This document shows, in pieces, positions 1-9,277 of a stretch of 64,000 nucleotides of DNA. The stretch lies in IMG/VR virus record IMGVR_UViG_3300020166_000747; one strand, given 5' to 3'. Position 1 is the first letter of the stretch, and every line of letters begins with the position of its first letter. The DNA is from a virus. The position numbers were made by a program, and so were the translations under genes. A model generated the notes under the pieces. It was not told the DNA's origin and did no database searches. It saw only the letters and a program-made list of their open reading frames with translations.

Positions 1-74
1 GAGGGTGTAGTGAAATGGTATCACGCTGGTCTCCAAAACCAGAAGCAGGAGTTCGATTCTCCTCACCTTTGCCA
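1..74 (+). tRNA. tRNA-Trp (CCA)
   Basis: Cloverleaf: GAGGGTG/CACCTTT acceptor, GTGA/TCAC D stem, CTGGT-CTCCAAA-ACCAG anticodon arm, AGGAG-TTCGATT-CTCCT T arm, encoded CCA. Confidence 0.93.
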
Positions 75-80
75 AGTTTA

Positions 81-157
81 CTCGGTGTAGCTTAGTATGG
101 TAAAGCGCCTGGTTTGGGACCAGGAGACCGTAGGTTCGAATCCTACCACCGAGACCA
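81..157 (+). tRNA. tRNA-Pro (TGG)
   Basis: CTCGGTG/CACCGAG acceptor, CCTGG-TTTGGGA-CCAGG anticodon arm, GTAGG-TTCGAAT-CCTAC T arm, CCA end. Confidence 0.96.
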
Positions 158-167
158 AATTTAACTA

Positions 168-196
168 TTGACAAAATAAAATAAATACTATATACT
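168..196 (+). promoter_or_regulatory. sigma70-type promoter
   Basis: TTGACA-N17-TATACT. Confidence 0.75.
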
Positions 197-229
197 ACAA
201 ATCTATTAAATTAACAGGATAGAGTATAC

Positions 230-340
230 ATGGATGAAGAAGAACAATGGTGGGAAAACTTTTTTGACGACCCATGTGATGATATAAGTGGAGTGAATCT
301 TCATCTATGGTTTGAGTATAGGTCAATGCAGGTTAGCTAA
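230..340 (+). CDS. small acidic hypothetical protein (36 aa)
   Basis: ORF MDEEEQWWENFFDDPCDD... read by hand downstream of the promoter; below the ORF-track cutoff. Confidence 0.4.
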   Translation: MDEEEQWWENFFDDPCDDISGVNLHLWFEYRSMQVS

Positions 341-408
341 CAGTAACAGATATTTCAGCAGGCGTCATATCAATTCTGTGGTGAGGTTCGAGTCCTCAAT
401 TGGCACCA
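322..408 (+). ncRNA. atypical tRNA-like element with 13-nt anticodon loop
   Basis: GTCAAT/ATTGGC acceptor + ACCA, GTTA/TAAC D stem, GATAT/ATATC stem, canonical TGAGG-TTCGAGT-CCTCA T arm. Confidence 0.6.
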
Positions 409-425
409 TTTATTAACATATATAA

Positions 426-433
426 GATAAATA
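426..433 (+). promoter_or_regulatory. T4-like late promoter (GATAAATA)
   Basis: Resembles T4 TATAAATA; the motif recurs in intergenic gaps across the window. Confidence 0.6.
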
Positions 434-458
434 TACATAGATGTTTGGGAGAAGCACT

Positions 459-674
459 ATGAAATTTCTATATATTGATGTTAAAAGACGCAAGTTAGTT
501 GCTGTCTTTCAAAACGCAAGAGGCGAGAACTTCTATTGGAGTAAAGAAGAAGTTTTAGAGCAAAAAAAGAAACACGAAATATTATCAAGTTGGGCAATGA
601 TACAACATTGCGATGATGCAATTGAGGCGATGAACGATTACAAAGAGCAAAAGCCTTGGTGGAAATTCTGGTAA
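459..674 (+). CDS. hypothetical protein with C-terminal KPWWKFW motif
   Basis: ORF 441-674; GGGAG SD favours ATG 459. Confidence 0.7.
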   Translation: MKFLYIDVKRRKLVAVFQNARGENFYWSKEEVLEQKKKHEILSSWAMIQHCDDAIEAMNDYKEQKPWWKFW

Positions 675-701
675 TATAACAATAAAATAGATCATTTTAT
701 T

Positions 702-726
702 AAACCCAGCTTCGGCTGGGTTTTTT
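702..726 (+). terminator. intrinsic terminator
   Basis: AAACCCAGC-TTCG-GCTGGGTTT followed by T run. Confidence 0.9.
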
Positions 727-742
727 ATTAGCCAACATAAAT

Positions 743-750
743 GATAAATA
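743..750 (+). promoter_or_regulatory. T4-like late promoter (GATAAATA)
   Basis: Motif between the terminator and the ORF at 785. Confidence 0.65.
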
Positions 751-784
751 CACATAAGCAATTTACAATGGGAAATCTACCACA

Positions 785-2137
785 ATGAGATTATTTGATT
801 TATTTGAAAACGAGAATACAAATCTTGTTGTTATCTATCCGGGACGCTTTCATCCGTTCCACGTAGGTCACGGCAAAGTATTCAAGTATCTAAGACAACA
901 ATATAAAGGTGCTAAAGTTTATATCGCAAGTTCTGGCAAGACAGATGCACATAAATCACCTTTTGAATTCAATGAAAAGAAAAAGATGATGATGCTTGCA
1001 GGTGTTGATCCAAACGCAGTAGTACAAACACGTATACCATACGTTGCATCAGAGATTACAGATAGATTTGATCCAGATAATACAGTAGTTGTATATGCAG
1101 TATCAGAAAAAGATATGTCTGAGGACCCAAGATTTGATTTCCCACCAGCTGGTCCAAAGTTTAAAAAGAATGGCGATCCTGCGCACGTTCAGAAATGGAC
1201 TGGAATAGAAAATGCAAAACCATTACGTGAACATTCATATATCACAACAGTTCCAACATTCACATTCAAAATTCGTGGTGAAGCAGTGAATAGTGCTACG
1301 CAAATTCGTAACATGATTGCGAAAGCAGATGAACGTGAGTTAGTTCAAATCTTACAAGACTTGTATGGTCGTCCTGACATTCCTCACGATGTAGTAGAAA
1401 TCTTTAAGCGTAAGCTAGGTTCTAATACAGTGAGTGAGAACTGGGAAGAAGATTCATTATTCGAATGCTTATTAGAAGTAGAGATTATGTGGGATATGAA
1501 TATCCTTACAGAAGATGAAAAGAAAGATGCAGATTTGGGTTTCAATCCAAAGACTGTTAATGCATTAAAGAATTTAAAAGTGAAGTACCCACATGCGGAC
1601 AATGTTGTTGCAGCACTTGTAGCAGATGTAGAAGATTCACAAATCGTAAGTAAAAAGAATGATACGGAACACGATATCGGTATTGCATCCTTAGAACAAA
1701 AAGTACAAGACCTTACTAATGAACTAAATAAATTAAAGCAACAAAGGGAAAGTACAATGAGAATATCAGATGTAGTAACCGAAGAAATTACACTAACAGA
1801 AGACATTACATTAGAGGATCACGAAGATTTTCATGAAATGTTTGGCGATCTTGCTTATTGTGAGAATGGAATGTTCGAAGCAGAGTATCAAGGACGTACC
1901 GTTAAACTAAACAAGCCAATGCAAGGTGATGTTAAAAAGTTTAAAGTATATGTAAAGAACCCAAAAGGTAATGTAGTTAAAGTTAACTTCGGCCACGGTG
2001 GTACAAGTGCTAAAGGCAAGACTATGAAAATTAGAAAGTCTAACCCAAAAGCACGTAAGAGTTTTAGAGCAAGACATAATTGTGAGAACCCAGGACCAAA
2101 GCATAAGGCACGTTACTGGTCTTGCAGAAAGTGGTAA
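785..2137 (+). CDS. HxGH cytidylyltransferase-like domain fused to coiled coil and basic C-terminal phage domain
   Basis: YPGRFHPFHVGH motif; C-terminal RKSFRARHNC...ARYWSC domain. Confidence 0.75.
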   Translation: MRLFDLFENENTNLVVIYPGRFHPFHVGHGKVFKYLRQQYKGAKVYIASSGKTDAHKSPFEFNEKKKMMMLAGVDPNAVVQTRIPYVASEITDRFDPDNTVVVYAVSEKDMSEDPRFDFPPAGPKFKKNGDPAHVQKWTGIENAKPLREHSYITTVPTFTFKIRGEAVNSATQIRNMIAKADERELVQILQDLYGRPDIPHDVVEIFKRKLGSNTVSENWEEDSLFECLLEVEIMWDMNILTEDEKKDADLGFNPKTVNALKNLKVKYPHADNVVAALVADVEDSQIVSKKNDTEHDIGIASLEQKVQDLTNELNKLKQQRESTMRISDVVTEEITLTEDITLEDHEDFHEMFGDLAYCENGMFEAEYQGRTVKLNKPMQGDVKKFKVYVKNPKGNVVKVNFGHGGTSAKGKTMKIRKSNPKARKSFRARHNCENPGPKHKARYWSCRKW

Positions 2138-2147
2138 GGAGAAATAA

Positions 2148-3002
2148 ATGAGCGATTATACACATGATAACGGTGACCGTAACTTAACAGGTCCACATTA
2201 CGCAATGGAATATAATGTAGCCGGAGAACCTGCGCTACGAGTTATTGGTAATAATTTCGGTTGGGGCATCCAACTAGCAGACGGCGATATCGACGGTGTA
2301 AGTCATATTGAAAAGTTTGGTATGAATACTGATGTAGATAGCGATAAAGAAACAATCTGGGACGGTGGTGGAATTTATACATACATCGAAACAGCAGAAA
2401 CGCTAACTGTAACAAGCAATGATCCAGCAGACAATCCAACAGGCACAGGTGTTCGCAACGTTGAAATACAAGGCATGAACCAAGCTGGTGAGGTTGTTGT
2501 AGAAACAGTTGATATTGGTGCAACTACAGTAGCCGCATTCAAACGTGTATTCCGTGCCAAGGCTGTATCAGTTGGCACAAGCGGTGGCAATGAAGGTACT
2601 ATCAGTATTACTAGTGATGATACATCAACAGTATTAGCAATTATCGGCATTGATGGAACAGGTTCAAATGCAGCAGGACGTGGACAAACGTTTATGGCGT
2701 TGTATACTATACCAGCAGGCAAAACAGGTTACATTACACAATGGACAGTTGGTGCAGGTAAACAAAATACAGATGCAATTGCTATGCTTATGATACGTGA
2801 TCCCGATGCAGGCGGAAATGGTGCTTGGAATGCACGTGACATTATTACAGTAAGTGCAACAACATATGCTAAGAATTATAACATACCTATCAAATTAAAC
2901 GCAGGTGATGACGTAGAAGTTCGTGCTTACAGTACTACAAATAATTCACTAGTAAGTAGTACATTTTGTGTAATCCTAATTGACAACCCAGTAGAGGAAT
3001 AG
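2148..3002 (+). CDS. putative virion structural protein
   Basis: G/T/D-rich beta-type composition, late region, GGAG SD. Confidence 0.5.
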   Translation: MSDYTHDNGDRNLTGPHYAMEYNVAGEPALRVIGNNFGWGIQLADGDIDGVSHIEKFGMNTDVDSDKETIWDGGGIYTYIETAETLTVTSNDPADNPTGTGVRNVEIQGMNQAGEVVVETVDIGATTVAAFKRVFRAKAVSVGTSGGNEGTISITSDDTSTVLAIIGIDGTGSNAAGRGQTFMALYTIPAGKTGYITQWTVGAGKQNTDAIAMLMIRDPDAGGNGAWNARDIITVSATTYAKNYNIPIKLNAGDDVEVRAYSTTNNSLVSSTFCVILIDNPVEE

Positions 3003-3006
3003 TTCT

Positions 3007-3777
3007 ATGAAAATTAATGAGTTAGACAAGGGTGGAGTAACCCAACAGCAACTAGACGCACTAGAAAAAGTACTTGACCAAGTATTTTCTAAAGTTGGTA
3101 TCGATATTGAATTCACACGTCATTTCGTTGACCGCGTTAACGATGAAAGAAACATCCGACCTATCTCTATTAAAGAACTAGCAATGCTATTCAAGAAAGA
3201 GTTTATTAAGTACGGTAAACCAATTGCACAGTTGGGACCAGATGCAGAAGCAGTGATGAAAGATTTAGAGAGTGATATCAATATTCCTTTTGCACTAGAA
3301 TGGAACGGCAAAGAGCTGGAGCTTATCGCTAAGACAGTTATGCGTAAGAAGAACTTTAAAACTCCAAACAAAGAATTTGCAGTAGAAAAGAAAATAGTAG
3401 AAGACTTCGGATCAGTCCCTCCATTAGCAGAACTTATTCTTATGGCAGTTGTAGCAAAGACAACAGTTGGCGTACTAATAGGTATGTTCAAAGTCGCAAT
3501 CAAAACTGGTAAAGGACTTAATAAACTACGTAAACTACATAACCGTATCAAAGATATGGGAGAAGATATCGCAGACTATGCGAATCCACAACGTGAAGCG
3601 GTTGCTCCTGCATCTGAGAGATTTATGGATGCCGCATTAAAAGCACTACATCGTCTAGTATCAGCTAAAGGTAATAGACAAACTGTAGGTGGGTATGCAT
3701 TTGATATTGCACGTGCGTTTGACGGGATTAATGCTAGACAGTTAGAAAAAATATACAACGAAAAGTTTGGTGAATAA
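3007..3777 (+). CDS. putative internal head protein, possible RegB/BECR-like RNase domain
   Basis: N-terminal MKINEL motif; IEFTRHFVDRV resembles T4 RegB LKYSQHLLDRA (from memory). Confidence 0.45.
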   Translation: MKINELDKGGVTQQQLDALEKVLDQVFSKVGIDIEFTRHFVDRVNDERNIRPISIKELAMLFKKEFIKYGKPIAQLGPDAEAVMKDLESDINIPFALEWNGKELELIAKTVMRKKNFKTPNKEFAVEKKIVEDFGSVPPLAELILMAVVAKTTVGVLIGMFKVAIKTGKGLNKLRKLHNRIKDMGEDIADYANPQREAVAPASERFMDAALKALHRLVSAKGNRQTVGGYAFDIARAFDGINARQLEKIYNEKFGE

Positions 3778-3780
3778 GAT

Positions 3781-5850
3781 ATGCGTTTCAGTGAAATCAA
3801 TAGAAAAATAGTTGAAGGCTACAAGCTACAACTAGAACGTGATAAAGAAATGCTAGTGTTAAACATTACTGACACTGCTACAGGCAAGCGTACAGAAGTG
3901 CGTGGTAAGCCTGGATACGAGACCAATGGTTATGATAAAAATGACAAACTACATCAGTTACTAGATAAAATTAGTAAAACTGCTAATATCAGTGAACTAA
4001 TGAACGGTGAAGTAGTCGGTATTAACCCCAAGCACCCAGACGGCGCTAGTGCAAAGTCTGCTACTGACAAAGCATTTAATGAAGCAACAGAAATGAAAAT
4101 TAGCGACTTGACTATTAGCGATGCTGGTATGGCAATTGCACATTCAGCAGGTGGTGGAAGTAGAACAGACGCTCCGTTGGCAGTTACAAAACTCCCATCG
4201 GGCTATGTATATCTTGTAAATGGGTATCATAGATTGGTAGATGCTATGAATTCTGGCAAAGATACTGTATCAGTAGAATATGTTCCATATGAAAAAGTAG
4301 AAATACTTTGGAAACAAGAACGTGAACAAGATATCAAATACGGTAAACAGTTTAACGAAAACTTTGCAGACGGTGCTAGTGCAAAGAAAGCAACAGATGT
4401 AGCATTTAACGAAAATGTTTCAGCATTAGCATCCGAGCTGGAATCAAAATACAATCTTAAATCTTTGTTTTTAGGTGATATGGCTAGTCGCAATGCTATT
4501 GAACTACACAGTATCATTGTTAACAGAGAAGATCAAGGCAAAGGCACTGGTTCGAAAGTAATGCAAGAACTTATCAAGTATGCAGATGACAACGGTAAGA
4601 TTATGGTGCTTGATCCAGGACTATTAGATAAGCAACACGGTACAACATCACAATCAAGATTACGCAAGTTCTATAAACAGTTTGGATTTATTGACAACAA
4701 AGGACGTAACAAGAATTATGAGTTTAGAAACTTGATGATCCGTTACCCACAAAGTAATGAATCAGTAAATGAAGTTTCTAAAGAAGAATTCGATGCTATC
4801 CGAAATGGATACGTAGATATTGAGTTTGATAAGAAATGGTGGCCTTTAAGTAGCGACTACCCACTAATCAAACATATCGGCGAAGCAATTGGTGCAACTA
4901 GCTGGACTAGTTGGGGCAAAGTAGGAGTCCCATGGTCTGAAAAAGAAATGATCGGTGGTGGTGGCACATATATGCTTAAAGGTGATTTCGGTCATATCCT
5001 ATTAGATGCTAGTAAGAGTTTTAGACCAGATAAAATTCTAATGTCACAAATATCTACATCCAAGCGTGGCGGGGGCGTTGGTGTTAAAGTTATGAATGCA
5101 ATAAAGTCATATGCAGATCAAAAGGGCCTACCACTAACAATATATAAAGTAACCAACAAAAAGTTTTTTGATAAGTTTGAGTGGTTGACAAAAACAGGCG
5201 AAGATACATATGAATATAATTCTTCTAAAAATGAATCAATCAATGAAGCATTTGATAATCCATATCCGTTTAAACTTACTGGTCCCGATGAGTCGCAATC
5301 ATTTGTAGCAACAGCACAAACACCAAATGGTCCGCTAATAATGGAATTTTCATCAACTGACTTTGATGACTTTGGTATCGACTTTGCAGTTGGAAATAGC
5401 ATGGGCAAAACAGATTCAGGCGATGAGTTTAGAGTGTTTGCTACTGTAGTTGCAATGATGAAAAAGTGGATTAGCACAGTTGGCATTGAACACGTAGAAG
5501 GTTTTGACTTTGGTGCTAACAAAGGTGAACATGCCAGTGACGGTAGAGCAAAATTGTATACTAGATTTGCTAAAAAACTTGCCAGTCAACTAGGTTGGAA
5601 GTTAGAACAAAGTACTACAGGAAATGGAGACACAGCATTCTTTAGACTAGTTAATCCCAAACCAATTCCACGTGATGATGAGTATTGGGACGCACTTGAA
5701 GAAAATGTTATTGAATCAGCAGGAGTTGGTCGTGTTGTAAAAGGCGTAAATACAACTGTTGATGTAGGACCAAATGAAATTATCAACCAAGTTAAAAAAT
5801 ACGGTAACGATGTAGACCGTAACGGTAAACCAAATAAACATCTAAGATAG
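3781..5850 (+). CDS. multidomain (polyvalent) protein: ParB/Srx-like plus 2-3 GNAT-like domains
   Basis: YLVNGYHRL (ParB/Srx); QGKGTGSKVM...LRKFYKQFGF and RGGGVGVKVM (GNAT acetyl-CoA loops); modules separated by xNE linkers. Confidence 0.7.
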   Translation: MRFSEINRKIVEGYKLQLERDKEMLVLNITDTATGKRTEVRGKPGYETNGYDKNDKLHQLLDKISKTANISELMNGEVVGINPKHPDGASAKSATDKAFNEATEMKISDLTISDAGMAIAHSAGGGSRTDAPLAVTKLPSGYVYLVNGYHRLVDAMNSGKDTVSVEYVPYEKVEILWKQEREQDIKYGKQFNENFADGASAKKATDVAFNENVSALASELESKYNLKSLFLGDMASRNAIELHSIIVNREDQGKGTGSKVMQELIKYADDNGKIMVLDPGLLDKQHGTTSQSRLRKFYKQFGFIDNKGRNKNYEFRNLMIRYPQSNESVNEVSKEEFDAIRNGYVDIEFDKKWWPLSSDYPLIKHIGEAIGATSWTSWGKVGVPWSEKEMIGGGGTYMLKGDFGHILLDASKSFRPDKILMSQISTSKRGGGVGVKVMNAIKSYADQKGLPLTIYKVTNKKFFDKFEWLTKTGEDTYEYNSSKNESINEAFDNPYPFKLTGPDESQSFVATAQTPNGPLIMEFSSTDFDDFGIDFAVGNSMGKTDSGDEFRVFATVVAMMKKWISTVGIEHVEGFDFGANKGEHASDGRAKLYTRFAKKLASQLGWKLEQSTTGNGDTAFFRLVNPKPIPRDDEYWDALEENVIESAGVGRVVKGVNTTVDVGPNEIINQVKKYGNDVDRNGKPNKHLR
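4037..4413 (+). repeat. 47-nt imperfect direct repeat (4037-4083 and 4367-4413)
   Basis: CAGACGGyGCTAGTGCAAAG...AGCATTTAAyGAA, 37/47 identical, 330 nt apart, flanking the ParB-like module. Confidence 0.8.
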
Positions 5851-5857
5851 GCGAAGA

Positions 5858-7237
5858 ATGTCAGAGTTCAATAAGGAAGTTGCAGAGATTAAGAAATCTG
5901 ATACTCCCATTAATCCAAATATACACAATCTAAAAAATACAATGTGCTTTAAGACATGGAATGATATGATTATCAGTTTGCCTCAGCGCACCGTTAAGTG
6001 GTGCTGTAAAGCACAGTATACAGCAGAACAAGAGAAACAACTTACTTTCGACCTTGATATACTAGAACGCGAAGGGTTAGATTTCTTTGTAAATAATCCG
6101 GTACTCGCACAGCGTAAGTATGAACTTAGTGGCGGTACACGCTCTAGTGATTGTGGCGGGTGTTGGAAAACAGAAGATGTAAGCGGAAGTAGTGTACGAA
6201 CTGAGTATACAAAAAACTTTGATCCATTATGGAAACGAAGATTAGAAAAAGCAAAAAATCATCCGAAGAAAGCAATACAATTCCATCAAGAGATGCAGCA
6301 GCATGATGGTTTTCGTTTTATTGAGCTAGAACTAACAAACAAGTGTAATATGGCATGTGTATATTGCTGGGAAGGTGCTAGTACACGTTGGCAGAAAGAA
6401 ACTGGTAATATAATGCCAGACACAGAGGATGCGATATTTTCAAAAGTAATTGAACTACTTAATGAATATTGGGAAGGTGATTTGGGTAAGAATAACCATG
6501 TTAATTTCAGTCTGTTAGGCGGGGAGCCGTTCTTCACTAATCACATGTATGAATTTTTAGAAGACTTTATTATTAACTTAAATGATACAAAACGTACGGA
6601 ACAGCGTATAGACGTAACAGTTACTACCAATCTAAACTTTCCAAAATCTAAGTTCAATAAATTCCTAAAATTAGTAGAACGAACACCAAATATAACATAC
6701 AATATGCAATTATCTGGCGAAGCTGTAGGTAAACGCAGTGAATATATCAGATGGGGTCTTAATTGGGATAATTGGATGCAAAATATTGATGCGTTCTTTA
6801 TTAATTCGAAAAGACTAAACAATCTTGTTGTTGGATTTGGGTGCGCTCATAATTCTCTATCGTTTTTGTATTTCAAAGAATATCTTGAGCTAATAGAAAA
6901 CAAAGTTATAGAGCATGATTTCAAAAGACCAATATACATGCATCATAATTGGGTAGATAATCCATTTCCGTTGTCTGTTGCTATGATTGACTCGAAGCAC
7001 TTAGACACGATAGATGACATTATAAATTATTATGACAACATGCAAGCAAAAATAGTCCCAAGGTCTCGCTACAGAAGTTTATTAGAAACATTAAGAAGCC
7101 ATGTTGCATCGGAAATAAGTGATAACGATAAAGAGGATGCGTTTAGATACTTTGATACACTGGAACAGCGTAGAAATATCTCATTTTCTGACGTTTTCCC
7201 GCATTTTTCGGAATTAGTTAAAAACCCGCGAAAATAA
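5858..7237 (+). CDS. radical SAM protein with N-terminal twitch-like Cys region
   Basis: CNMACVYC, LGGEP, N-terminal C..W...WCC...CGGCW. Confidence 0.9.
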   Translation: MSEFNKEVAEIKKSDTPINPNIHNLKNTMCFKTWNDMIISLPQRTVKWCCKAQYTAEQEKQLTFDLDILEREGLDFFVNNPVLAQRKYELSGGTRSSDCGGCWKTEDVSGSSVRTEYTKNFDPLWKRRLEKAKNHPKKAIQFHQEMQQHDGFRFIELELTNKCNMACVYCWEGASTRWQKETGNIMPDTEDAIFSKVIELLNEYWEGDLGKNNHVNFSLLGGEPFFTNHMYEFLEDFIINLNDTKRTEQRIDVTVTTNLNFPKSKFNKFLKLVERTPNITYNMQLSGEAVGKRSEYIRWGLNWDNWMQNIDAFFINSKRLNNLVVGFGCAHNSLSFLYFKEYLELIENKVIEHDFKRPIYMHHNWVDNPFPLSVAMIDSKHLDTIDDIINYYDNMQAKIVPRSRYRSLLETLRSHVASEISDNDKEDAFRYFDTLEQRRNISFSDVFPHFSELVKNPRK

Positions 7238-7244
7238 CATATAA

Positions 7245-7252
7245 GATAAATA
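7245..7252 (+). promoter_or_regulatory. late promoter, probably leaderless transcript
   Basis: GATAAATA-N5-ATG. Confidence 0.65.
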
Positions 7253-7257
7253 CTATT

Positions 7258-7461
7258 ATGAAAATAAATGAAATCATATCCGAAACTTTCGCTGGCTCAT
7301 TTGCCGGGGTAAACACTTCCTTAGGTGGTGGCGATCCTGCTGCAAGTATATATGCTAAAAAGCCTAAGGGTAAGAAGAAAAAAACTAAAATGGGTTACAG
7401 TGCAGATGTCGGTAATCTTGCATACAACAAACCAGTCAAAACACAAATGATTAAAAGATAA
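7258..7461 (+). CDS. small basic putative internal head protein
   Basis: MKINEIISE N-terminus, Lys-rich. Confidence 0.65.
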   Translation: MKINEIISETFAGSFAGVNTSLGGGDPAASIYAKKPKGKKKKTKMGYSADVGNLAYNKPVKTQMIKR

Positions 7462-7472
7462 GGTAGAATAAA

Positions 7473-8930
7473 ATGAAACTGTCACAACTAATCGAGTCTT
7501 TTGTAATCTCTAACGATGAATTCGAAGATTACCTAAACAGAGCAACAGAACAATTAACACAAGAACTACAGTCAGGTAAGAACCCACGTGACGCAGTTCA
7601 TGATTTAGCATTAACATTTGCTGATCAACACAACAAATCATATGATGCGTACACACGTATGTCAGACTCATTATCAGCAAGAATGCACACGTTAGAACTA
7701 GATGGTTCAACGTCCACTGAAATAGCTCCTGCCGATATGACGAACGGACCAGACATGTCTGACATGGGCGGTGAACCAGAGATGATGACAGACCCAATGG
7801 GCGACATGGAAATGGACGTACCAGCAGAAGATGACATGCCAGGTGACAGTGACATGGACGACTATTCTGCGGTAATGGATAACAAGCCAGAAGTTGAAGA
7901 ATCATATTCTCAAGGTGATGAAAATGAAGAAGGCATGGTAAGTAATTGCTGTGGCGCTCCTATTATGGATGTTTATCAAGGACATGGCAGATGCTCAGAT
8001 TGTAAAGAAATGGCAAGTGCTGAAAGTGTAAACGAAGGTACAAAAGGTTGTGCTGATTGCGAATGGATCAAAGACGAAACCGATGGCGACATTGATACAT
8101 GTGATGAATGTGCGGCGGAAAAGCGCAAGACTAATGAAGCATCAGATGCAGATGAGAAAGCACGCCAACGTGCGTTTGCTAAAGCAGATGAACCAGAGCG
8201 CGGTGAGAAACCTAAAAAGGTATCTCTAAAGAAAGCTCCATGGGAAGAGTCAGTAAACGAAGCGAAAGCATCAATCCTAGACCAACTAAAAGGTATTGTA
8301 GATGACAAGCAAGCGAAATCAATCAAGTTTGATGATGGTTCTTCAAAAGTAGATATGTTCACAGCATCAGCTATTACACAAGTACATGCTAAAGTAAACG
8401 ATGATAACAAAGCTAAAATTGAAAAAATGCTTAACACTCGTACAGGTTTAATGAAGATTGCTAAAGTTGCAATGGGTGCGTTAAAAGAAGGTAAACTAGA
8501 CGAAGTACTTCCAGTACTTCCAGTAGTAGGTGCTGTAGCAGGCGGCATTGCAAGAGCAGCTGCTTCGGCAGTAGGTGGCGTAGCTAAAGCGGCAATGTCA
8601 AAAGGCATTAAAGGTGCTGCAACACGTGCGGGCATCAAGGGTGTTGCAAAGAGTGCGTTCTCTAATGAAGCAGAAGAAATGGCAAATAAGATTGTTCGCA
8701 CAAGTTCGCGTCAATCATTCTCAGAGTACAATGAATTCTATAAAGCACTAGACTCAGCAGCCAAAGCAGGCAAAAAAGCTGGTGACCACATTGAAGTTGG
8801 TGGCAAGAAAGTAAAGCTAAAGTCAGATCCAAAAGAAATTCACAACCTATCAGACGCAGAGATGGATAAAATCGATGCACTAGCACTACGTCTGAACGAA
8901 AAAAGTTGTTCATCAAAATATAAAAAATAA
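7473..8930 (+). CDS. putative prohead core/scaffold-like polyprotein
   Basis: MKLSQLIES start, Met/Asp low-complexity tract, Cys-pair segments, repeated ESVNE linkers. Confidence 0.55.
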   Translation: MKLSQLIESFVISNDEFEDYLNRATEQLTQELQSGKNPRDAVHDLALTFADQHNKSYDAYTRMSDSLSARMHTLELDGSTSTEIAPADMTNGPDMSDMGGEPEMMTDPMGDMEMDVPAEDDMPGDSDMDDYSAVMDNKPEVEESYSQGDENEEGMVSNCCGAPIMDVYQGHGRCSDCKEMASAESVNEGTKGCADCEWIKDETDGDIDTCDECAAEKRKTNEASDADEKARQRAFAKADEPERGEKPKKVSLKKAPWEESVNEAKASILDQLKGIVDDKQAKSIKFDDGSSKVDMFTASAITQVHAKVNDDNKAKIEKMLNTRTGLMKIAKVAMGALKEGKLDEVLPVLPVVGAVAGGIARAAASAVGGVAKAAMSKGIKGAATRAGIKGVAKSAFSNEAEEMANKIVRTSSRQSFSEYNEFYKALDSAAKAGKKAGDHIEVGGKKVKLKSDPKEIHNLSDAEMDKIDALALRLNEKSCSSKYKK

Positions 8931-8933
8931 CTA

Positions 8934-8962
8934 TTGACATAAGAACACCTCTGTGTTATATT
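8934..8962 (+). promoter_or_regulatory. sigma70-type promoter
   Basis: TTGACA-N17-TATATT. Confidence 0.7.
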
Positions 8963-8992
8963 AAAGGGAACTCAAATAGAGTTCCTTTTTTT
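8963..8992 (+). terminator. intrinsic terminator of the late block
   Basis: AAAGGGAACTC-AAATA-GAGTTCCTTTT + T run. Confidence 0.8.
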
Positions 8993-9016
8993 ATGACCTT
9001 ATGAGGAGATTAACAC

Positions 9017-9277
9017 ATGTCATTAGATACTATTTCAAGCGAAGAAAAAGCAAAACTAAAGCAACTTGTAGACGAAGGATGTTCTGTACTACAAGAAGTA
9101 GACGACCTTAAAGGCGGACTACGTGATACAGTAAAAGCAATCGCTGAAGAACTAGATATTAAACCCGCAGTACTTAACAAAGCAATTTCACTTGCACATA
9201 AAGCAAATCTTCAAGGGGCGAAACAAGACTTCGAAGATGTTGAAACTGTTCTACAAACTGTAGGACGCACACTATAA
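9017..9277 (+). CDS. dsDNA-binding protein (T4 DsbA/GapR-like)
   Basis: Small helical protein LKQLVDE...LRDTVKAIAEELDIKPAVLNKAI, directly upstream of the polymerase. Confidence 0.6.
   Translation: MSLDTISSEEKAKLKQLVDEGCSVLQEVDDLKGGLRDTVKAIAEELDIKPAVLNKAISLAHKANLQGAKQDFEDVETVLQTVGRTL

Noticed and set aside
322-408. tRNA-Sec or UGA suppressor (TCA within the loop)
   Set aside because: No 7-nt loop centred on TCA, no extended acceptor stem or long variable arm
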